Of a stretch of 64,000 nt of DNA, positions 54,136 through 64,000 are shown in pieces. Position numbers and translations under genes: made by a program. Numbering within the stretch: position 1 is the stretch's first letter; every line of letters starts with the position of its first letter. Source of the DNA: Octopus sinensis (lineage: Eukaryota); NCBI RefSeq assembly GCF_006345805.1, contig NC_043002.1:53320001-53384000 (forward strand), read 5' to 3'. The notes under the pieces were generated by a model that did not search any database, was not told where the DNA came from, and saw only the letters and a list, made by a program, of their open reading frames with translations.

Positions 54136-55904
54136 ATAACGTAACCTTGAATCTCTTTCTGTAGTTTTATCAAATCAGAGCAATAAATTTCACTTTTTTG
54201 ATTTAGTATCCTGTTAACGCACCTGCGCCCATCTGGTGATTAATTTTCCACTATTTATCTTACTATACAGTTAACTTCATGTTTGCAACAGTCCTCTATT
54301 TCTTTCATCCATTCTGCTTTCATGTTGAACTTATCGTTTTTCCACTATAGATCACTAATAAGTTACTAATTGTTCTCGGATGAGGTGTCTCTTACAGATG
54401 TTGTGCACATTACGTTAGACTTAATTGGGATTTCTGGAAAGCAGTATTGGCGCTTAGAATGCATAGATTTAGATTTAGATTTTAGTAATCCGAGTATATG
54501 CAATTGAAGATATATTAAATTAAAACAGTCGACTGTGTATCATACTTGATGTATAACCTTTATTGATAGTTGCTGCGGGATTTGTCTTGAGATAACATCT
54601 TTAATGGCTGTGTTGTGATAAAAAAAACATAATAAACACCAGAGACAAAAATTCGTTCCAGTAGCGGCCAGCGAGAATACCAGATACATTTTGGCATTTC
54701 TGAGCCATCAGTGAAATATCATTCTCATTTTCTTCTACCAAGACAACGAATTCTCATCTGAGGATATGTCAAGCTACAAGTACGATTCATTGAATAGATC
54801 CCCTGACATTAACTGTGTTGTAACACATCACGTTCATAAAATATCTCGGCACGAATACCGCAGTAACAGCCTTACCGACAGTGTGTAAACAATTAAATAG
54901 GCTACATAGATGGTGATTATCTTTTAGTATTTCAGCTGTGACTGTGAGTCGTTTTCTTTGTTGACGACGTAATCTAGAGTTTAAGGTTTCAATTTTTCTG
55001 TCACCAAACTGCTTTTCTAATTTCTGTTGTTCATATTTCTGATATTTGTGAATCTATTTGACAGTATTATATTTCATAACTACAAAAATCTCTGAAATGT
55101 TTCTTCCTAAAAATAGAATTTTATATTTCAGTTTTCTTGCCAACATGTTCAACATGGTACGCACTCTGGATATTTACTTATATCTTGGTTGCATGGTTTC
55201 AGCTCCTTGAAATGATTTAGTAATGCAAATGCTGTCAAATGCATCAACAAGATTTGGAGTCAAATATGTGGTTTTTATAGGCCCTCTTATATAACTTTTA
55301 TATAATTTCTACCATTTCCTTTATTATATCCAATTCATTGTCGAAAACCCTTTCCACCCCACCAAGTGATATTAATTTTGAATAGTTTGTCAATGCTTTG
55401 TACCTGTTACAACATATCGTCATAGGGAGATCTTGTAAGGAGATCTTGATATTTTTATGTTTTTTTTAACTAATATTTGATTTTCAGTTAAACTGTCATT
55501 AACCATGAGAAAATGTCTATTGTAACAAAGTGCTACATTCAAGGCTTCTTTCCTCTCTAGCTTCTTTCATTCTTTCATTCCTTCCACCATTTCGTTCTTC
55601 CGCTCTAAACTCTTGCTGGAATTGTAAGGCTGTTGTTAAAACAAATGGCCAATGAGCAGCAAAATTATTAACAAAGGAAACAGCGACAATTGAAGCCAAG
55701 GTCTTAACAAAGAAGCATTTAATAAATTGGGCTGTTAAGATGATAGTGTGGAATAAAAGTATCAATTTAAATTGTTTATATTAAAAAAGATAAAAACCTG
55801 GAAACATTATAAGACCAATTTATTCTGAGGGTTGTTGTGACATGGGAGAAAAGAAAGAAAAGGAAACAAATGTTTTATAAATTATATAAATACATAACCA
55901 CCCC

Positions 55905-55941
<37 letters not shown>

Positions 55942-55962
55942 TAGACAGACAGAAAGACAGAC

Positions 55963-56020
<58 letters not shown>

Positions 56021-56469
56021 GGCCGATCTATGGGATTATCCTGGTTGTCTCCTCCATAAAGCCCTTAACTTTACAGCCTATCATCAGACCCTAAACCTGT
56101 TAGAGTGTGGATCAGAGGACGCCAGCAAGAATTTCCTGAAATGCCGGGAGGAAAGGGAGACAATCCATTTTTGCTGACAGAATAACGAAGTCTTTTCCTC
56201 CTCCACTTTCTAGAGAGGCCATAGGCCAACGGGTTTACGGTTTGATGATATGCTGTAAAACTAAGAAAACAAATCCTTAATAGTTTTGTAATCAACTGAG
56301 GCACAGCTATCAAAAATTTCATATACGAACAAACGATGAAGCCTATACGTAGTTACCCAGTATGCTAAAATATCAGCCAAATTCAACTCCAATCAAAGCT
56401 TATCATTGAAAAATAACGAAAGACGAATAATGAATAATTTAGTTTAGGATACGTTGTATGTAAATAAAA

Positions 56470-56830
56470 TGGAATTATCTCTGGGTTCGGTCCAAATGCG
56501 GGACACATTGGGCAATCGTATTCTTTTATAGCCTCGGGCCGACCGAAGCCTTGTGAACGAATTTGGTAGAGGGAAACTGAAAGAATCCTGTAGTATATAC
56601 ATACATACATATATATAAATATATGTGTGTGTGTTTGTGTGTGCCTTTGTGTCAGTTTGTTCCCTTATCACCGCTTGACAACTGATGTTGTGTTTTCTTA
56701 GCGGTTCGGCAAAAGCGACCGATAGAAAAAGTACTAGGCCTTAAAAATGAAGTCCTGAGATCGATTTGTTCGACTGAAATCCTTCAAGGCGGTGCTCTAG
56801 CATGGCCGCACTCAAATGACTTATGCAACT
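56470..56830 (+). mobile_element. OR-like SINE
   Basis: Family centre and tail. Confidence 0.8.
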
Positions 56831-57289
56831 AACAGAATAAAAGAATAGCTAGAATGTTTTGGTCATAAGTCAGCTCTTACTTAGAGTTGACATTATCTTA
56901 CAAGGAATAACAACAATACTCTGCTCAATCCTTATCGATGACAACTGTATCTATATGGAGCTCTTACAGATATTAACTGAATTTCTCAGAGAAACATCTA
57001 AATCTACGGCAATTCGAATTGTATATAAATAACACTTATCTGACATCAATAATTTATTTGATCTTTCAACTTATATAAGTCCTTATTTAAGATCTTTTGT
57101 AAGTATACAGCTGCTTTCTTCGGACTGTCGAGCGAGAATAGAAATTTGTAGCTAAAGAGAAAGGGACTGTAAGACGATGTAATTGCTATTAAAATATTAA
57201 TGTTATGTGTGGAAACTTAGATAAAGAGTGGGCAAGGTGAGAAGGGAAGAGGAAAACAACAAGAAGCGAAAATATGTGCATTAAATATC

Positions 57290-57390
<101 letters not shown>

Positions 57391-58109
57391 GCTAGCTAGC
57401 TAGCTATCTGTCTGTCTATCTCTATAAGACAAATTTCTTATTTGTGTAACTCTTCCCATAACTACACACACACACACATACATATATGTGTGTGTGTATA
57501 TGCGTGCATATTTAAATAAATATATATATATATAAGTATGTTTGTGTACATTGTATAACTATATGTACATATGTGTGTGTATGTATATATATATATATAA
57601 TATATATATATATATTTAAAATAGGATTAGCTCGTATACGAGTAGGTATATATTTGTAAAAAATGAAGTTCGAAAATGCTGCTATATTATACAATTTTTA
57701 ATTTTTATATATACATTATAACATGTTTCAGTTCCTGAAATGAACCTTATCAAAAAAGTTATATATAAAAAAAGACAGCTCATGCCGTCAAACACAAGAA
57801 ATTCATTTACAATACACAACGGAGTCAGACATCTTAAAGTTCAAATATAGTTTGAAGTAAGTTCATTCATGCTATATGTTCAAAGTGTTCGATGCAGTGG
57901 CCCACGGTGGCGATACGTATTCAATACAAAAAACAGATCAAAGTGGTGGAAAGCAGTCAATACAGAAGATTGATGTTCCCGAAAGAGCGAGGAATTCATT
58001 TTTACCTTGAGCAATTGTGATGACCCATGGTGGGTGTTCGCTGGGTGATTCTAGTGAGTTTTGTGAATTGTTCGGGTTTTATAATGCCTGTTAGGTGGTC
58101 AGTCCAGCG

Positions 58110-58670
58110 TAGCGTGACGTCATCAACGTTTTGACCAATCGTTTCGTTAGGTGGCTTTAGTCAAGCAGAACGGTACGTCATCAACATTCTGACCAATCGT
58201 GACCTATCGCTGTATTATAACTGCCTCTTGTCTGAATCCTGTTTTGACCAGTCGTTTCGTTAGGTGGCTTAGTCAAGCAGGACGGTACGTCATCATGATT
58301 CTGACCAATCACGACTTATAGCTGTATTAGATCTGCCCCTTTTCGTTAGGTGGCTTAGTCAAGCAGAACGGGACGTCATCAGCATTCTGACCAATCGTGA
58401 CCTATCGCTGTATTATAACTGCCTCTTGTCTGTATCTTGTTTTGACCAGTCGTTTCGTTAGGTGGCTTAGTCAAGCAGAACGGGACGTCATCAAGATTCT
58501 GCCCAATCACGGCTTATAGCTGCATTAGATCTGCCCCCTGTCTGTATTTTGTTAGGTGACTAGTCAAGCAGAAAGGTACGTCATCAATATTCTGACTAAT
58601 CTCTGCCCCCTGTTTGTGTCCTGTCCATTCTAGCAGAACTAGACGTCATCAGCGTGTTGACCAATCAGAA
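58110..58670. repeat. Irregular minisatellite array downstream of a Penelope ORF
   Basis: Recurrent TTAGGTGGCTTAGTCAAGCAGAACGG(T/G)ACGTCATCA...TGACCAATC units of variable length. Confidence 0.9.
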
Positions 58671-58847
58671 TCGGGTCTGACCCTTAGCTGTATCGTATGT
58701 GGTCAGTCCATCAGGGTCAGATTTGCACGAAAGAATTTTTTTCCTTTTTTACTAAGGCATATTTCCGTCAGTGCAAGTGACTGTTTAAGGTAGCGGCCGT
58801 GGTGGAATTTTGCTTCTCCTTTTCGGAGGACTTATCTTTTGTTTTAA

Positions 58848-59252
58848 TTATTCCTGGCCCAGGGTGTTTAAACTTGGTCTAAATTTTTTTATGAAATACA
58901 GTTCTTTATTTTGGCGTTGTGTGAAGGTTGCGTTGTCCCTGAATTTATAGAGCGGGTTAGTTGTAAATTTCGGATTTACATTTCCAGCACATCTATCTAT
59001 GTGTCCGCTGACCGGTATTTTGCGGTAATCAGGGTTTCTAATTTGTGATTTATGCACCGCCATCCTGTTACGTAAGCTATTTTTTGTATGGCCTATATAC
59101 TGCCTATTGCAGCCTGCGCATGTTATGACGTAAATTAAGTTTTCTGATGCGCAGGTGAAGTTTGTTCTAATGGTGAACTGGTGGCCTTGTTCCAGTATAA
59201 ATTCTGATCCTTCTTTCAAGATGACACAGATTCCGCAGTTGGGCTTCCACAT
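58848..59252 (-). mobile_element. Penelope-like element 3' end, GIY-YIG endonuclease ORF
   Basis: FTCASENLIYVITCAGCNRQYIGHTKNSLRNRMAVHKSQI...FIKKFRPSLN is open to its stop and is 5'-truncated at a (TA)n tract. Confidence 0.9.
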
Positions 59253-59287
59253 TTTCTAACTGCTGGTTTTGTGGTTGATGTTGAGTG

Positions 59288-59351
<64 letters not shown>

Positions 59352-59629
59352 TATATATATATGTATGTATAAGTGTGTCTATATGATTTATAGGTTAAAC
59401 AACCATCTAAGTGTTAATAAATATCCATTATACTATCGGATGTATACCTACGTCTTTAAATCCAAGTGTTTACTGTTGTAGAGCAGTAGCGCAATTGAAT
59501 AACAGTTATGAGTGGGGGTAAAGCATACCCTGAATTTATAAGGCAAATAAGAAAATGGAGAAGATAATCAATCGACAAATATCAGTCTGTAAACATTAAT
59601 TTAGATCTATTTATTAATTAATTAGTCAT

Positions 59630-59848
59630 ATCTCTTTTACTTGTTTCAGTCATGTGACTGTGGCCATGCTGGAGCACCGCCTGTTGTCGAGCAAATCAAT
59701 TCCAGGACTTATTATTTGTAAACCTAGTACTCATTGTATCGGTCTCTTTGACCAAACACACCAGAATCGGTTGTCAAGCGATGTTGGGGGGGGGGACAAA
59801 GACAGACAGACAAACATATACACACACATACATACATACATACATACA

Positions 59849-59884
<36 letters not shown>

Positions 59885-59970
59885 TATACATACATATATC
59901 CGACGGGCTTCTTTCACTTTCCTAAGTTGCCTAAGTTGCCACGCAGTGGGACTGAACCCGGAACAATATG
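59630..59970 (-). mobile_element. OR-like SINE
   Basis: Colinear with 41998-42415, with deletions. Confidence 0.8.
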
Positions 59971-60254
59971 TATAAGTAATCAAAATAAATATACAAATAA
60001 ACAAGTAAATAAATAAACAATAAATAGATGAATAGAAATAAATGAGTATAAAATACTAAACTCTTACAGCTATTTCTACTTTGAGGGTGTCCAACTTGCC
60101 AAGGTTTCCACATCATACCAGTAATATACAGGTTTGTACAAAGGTTGAACAAAAATTGGTCAGGGGTTGGACAATAATTGAGCCCCAAAGTTTTATCCAA
60201 AATGTTAGGAATGTAACATGTGATGAAGTAAAATAAAATAATAATATACTCCCA

Positions 60255-60570
60255 GTATTAATTCTGTCGGTCTCTTTTGTGGAACCGCTAGCTTACGGGG
60301 ACGTAAACACGCCAACACCGGTTGCCAAGCGATGATGGAGGGACAAAGACGGACACAAAAATACACGCACATAGATACACACGCACATACACACATACAT
60401 ATATATACACACACACACGACGGTCGTCTTTCAGTTTCCGTCCACTAAATCCACTCACAATGCTCTGGTCAGCCCGAGGTTAGAGTAGAAGACACTTGCC
60501 CTAGGTGCTGCGCAGTGGGACTGAACCCAGAACCCATATGGTTGGGAACCAAGCTTCTTACCACACAGTC
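60255..60570 (-). mobile_element. OR-like SINE
   Basis: Colinear with 41998-42415. Confidence 0.85.
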
Positions 60571-60936
60571 ACGATCGTACCTTTTCCAAGACTAACATTC
60601 GCATTTTTATTTTAAAACATACTGCTGAGCCTCAGACTGTGTACTATTTTAAATCCATTTCGAGACCATTTAGTTTTAGTGGAGTAAAAACTTTAGTTTT
60701 ATACAAACAAGTCATTAAATTTGACCCCCCGCCACCACGTACCTTCAGCATCTATCTATTTATTTCTGTTTTCCATCGATTTCACGTCTCCTCGGGTTTC
60801 GTGTTTTTATTCTATATTATATATTTTACTATCAGTGCTTTTCCCCACGGTTCTAGGAAGAACTATAATGATTGAAACAAATTTTAATGTAATGTACAAA
60901 CACAAACACACACACACACACACATATTTATGTCTG

Positions 60937-61122
<186 letters not shown>

Positions 61123-62149
61123 TGTGCGTGTGTATGTGTGTCTATGTATGTACATGTGCGTGTGTATACATATATGTACAAACACACAGAGACAAACGCA
61201 CACATACACATATATATATACATATATGTGTACGTACATAAATACATACACACACACACACAGACACACATATATATACATACTTACATATATACATATG
61301 CATATTTACTGGATTCTATGTAAATGTTCTCTCTTATAAATGTTCGTGTGTTGTAGAAGGTGATATAAAATAAGTGTATGTATTCGAATTAAATTTTCTT
61401 GTTATTTAGAAATGTCTCGCTTTAGAAGCTATGTATCTAGGTATGTATGTATACAGTTGTTATACTCCGGATTGTAGAACAACTATTTGTAGTTAAAAGT
61501 GGGGAGCGGTAAGTCTATATTATCGTTTGTATTATACTAACGTTATATGACGCGTATAGGTGAGAGACGTAGTGAGAGAGAGTGAGAGAGACGGAAGGAA
61601 TTAAGAGAGAAAGTGAGAGAGATTGAGAAAAACAGGCGGGGAAGTTTAGAAAGAGATCGTGTTTATAGTTTATATGTGTATGCGTATGGTGGATTGCATA
61701 CAAATATCCGTTTGTTGTTGGAAGTATAAAAGGCGCGAGCGTCTTCCAGTTAAATTGCCTCAGACTAACAGTCAAAGCCATATTAGTGTTAAGTCCCCAC
61801 AGTCGTTTGAACATTGAATAACTGTTAACAGAATGTAGACTTTCACCGAAGTGAATAAATCTCCGTTCTGATTTTCTCAAATGATTTATCAAGTTTTGAA
61901 GATATTTCTATTATTCACCTTGCACAAGGTATATTTACATACTACGATACGTGTACATACATACATATAAACATACCAACATATACACAAACATACATAC
62001 ATACATGCATACATACATACATACATACATACATACGTACATACATACATACATACATACATGCACGCAACACGTACATATCTATACACATATACCTATC
62101 TATACATGCATACAAACATACATACATATATTTATATATCTATCTATCT

Positions 62150-62288
62150 ACGAAGCTTGCTTCCCAAGCACATGGTTCCGACTTCAGTCCAACTGCGTGG
62201 CACCTTGGGCAAGTTTTTCTTCTGTAGCCTCGGACCAATCAAAATCATGTGAGTAGATTTGGTCCACGGAAACTGAATGAAGCCCGTC

Positions 62289-62332
<44 letters not shown>

Positions 62333-62375
62333 TTATATATATAATATATATATATAATATATATATATATATATG

Positions 62376-62425
<50 letters not shown>

Positions 62426-62655
62426 GTGTGTGTGTACGTGTGTTTGTGTGTGCGTGTTTGTACCCCCGCCATCGCCTGACAACCGATACCGGTGTGTTTG
62501 TGTCCCCGTATTTTAACGGTTCGGCAAAAGGGTCCAATAGAATAAGTACTAGGCTTACAAAGAATAAGTCCTGAGGTTGATTTCTTCGACTAAATCCATT
62601 AAGGCGGTGCTCCAGCTTGGTCACTGTCAAACGACTGAAACAAGTAAAAGAATAA
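62150..62655 (+). mobile_element. OR-like SINE with expanded internal (TA)n
   Basis: Head, centre and tail present. Confidence 0.85.
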
Positions 62656-62665
62656 AAGAATATAT

Positions 62666-63297
62666 ACAGGGTGCGAAGGGTAAATTGTCGCCATTTCATA
62701 TGTTTTCCTTTCGAGCCTGTGTATTGTTTGTTTCCGATTTTTTTTTTGACGACACAGGATAGTAGAGTCAGTTGGGAACCTTCTGTGTGAAAACCAACAC
62801 CATGATGTAATTCACTCTGCCAGAAATTTGGAAACAACATTCTGTACTGCTTAGCATTGGCGCCGGAAGCTCCAATATGAACATTTCAGAGTGTTTGGGT
62901 GTCAGCCTGAGGACTAGCCGTGTCCCCAAAACAAGTACCGAGGGTAATAAAAATGAAACATCTAGTCAACACCATGGTGTTTGGAGTGGCCACTAATGAT
63001 GACAACGCTATGCCTCCATTCATCTTCCCACATGGCCTCAAACTCAACAAGAAGGCCTACATCAAGTGCTTGGAGGAGGTAGTGCTACCCTGGGTCAAGA
63101 GGGCGGCTGCTGGAAGACTCTATCTCTGGCAATAGGACTTCGTGTTTGAAACCAATGACAATTTTATTGAATAAATTTACTCTTTAGTATTTCAAGATAT
63201 TTTTAATCTAATTTCGGTAAATATTCCTGATAAAATGAGATACCAGTGTTATTTTCATTTTTGTGTAATTTAGATGGCAGTTTATTCACCGTACCCT
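62666..63297 (+). mobile_element. Deleted Tc1/mariner-superfamily (maT-like) transposon
   Basis: MVFGVATNDDNAMPPFIFPHGLKLNKKAYIKCLEEVVLPWVKRAAAGRLYLWQ*D with degenerate CAGGGTGCG.../...CGTACCCT termini. Confidence 0.75.
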
Positions 63298-63523
63298 ACA
63301 CACACCCACACCCCACACACATACATCCACACTCCCCCACCACATATAAATTTTAAAATTAATAATTATAACTGAGGGTACACGAGGCACCAGCGTTGCT
63401 ACAAATAAGAGTCGAAAATTACTCTAATGAGCCACCATTTCACAGGTTGATGAAAACCGAGAGACGAGCAAAGATATAAACTTACCATCGCGGCTGATAG
63501 TCGCAAATGAGTTTACAGTTAAT

Positions 63524-63582
63524 CCTGTATCATATGATTTCGTACTTTGAGATGATTCTCTTAGTTCTTTCTCATCAGCAGG
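63524..63582 (-). ncRNA. Candidate type I hammerhead ribozyme (weak stem II)
   Basis: Minus strand: CCUG CUGAUGA [30 nt, G...C, with internal GAGA/UCUC hairpin] GAA AUCAUAUGAU A CAGG. Stem I is 4 bp, stem III is a 10-nt palindrome, the triplet is AUA. The base of stem II is poorly paired. Confidence 0.45.
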
Positions 63583-63914
63583 TCTCGTTGTTTACCTAGG
63601 GTAAAAATTTTTACTCGCTTCGTCATGCCTGTTGATTGTTGAAAGACTGGCGTCAAATTCAAACGATATTAATGTATAATTTTACATAAATAAATATATA
63701 GTTATTTATTATCATTAATAATAAATAGCAATATTAATAATATAAGTGACCAGCAAGCATTAAAACCAACTAATGAATGTGTGTGTGTGCGTATACATAC
63801 ATACATACATACATACATGTATATATATATATATGTATGTATACACACAAACACGCACACACACTCATTGGCTTTGAGACGATGAGTGTGTGTATACATA
63901 CATACATACATACA

Positions 63915-64000
<86 letters not shown>

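Noticed and set aside
58110-58670. Array as a CRISPR or as tandem hammerheads (minus strand has (C/U)UGAUGA...GAAAC..GUC)
   Set aside because: There are no unique spacers or cas genes, and the context is eukaryotic. Stems I and II do not pair in any permutation I tried.

Overview
AT-rich animal DNA saturated with microsatellites and transposon relics. The tRNA-headed SINE families and simple-repeat density point to an octopus or coleoid cephalopod (inference). No intact protein-coding gene is recognisable, and most listed ORFs are translations of simple repeats. Supported elements include many SINEs of three families, CR1, L1/Tx1, R4/Dong and RTE LINE fragments, three Penelope-like relics, mariner/Tc1/pogo relics, a TIR MITE with an 8-bp TSD and non-autonomous Helitrons. 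The most striking signal is a complete type I hammerhead ribozyme fold on the minus strand at 13431-13490, on top of a long imperfect hairpin in otherwise unique DNA. A second candidate lies at 63524-63582, and several variant or decayed hammerhead-like motifs with palindromic stem III occur elsewhere. Short minus-strand segments with strong splice signals hint at a spliced, probably non-coding transcript that would carry these motifs in sense orientation, but this is unproven.
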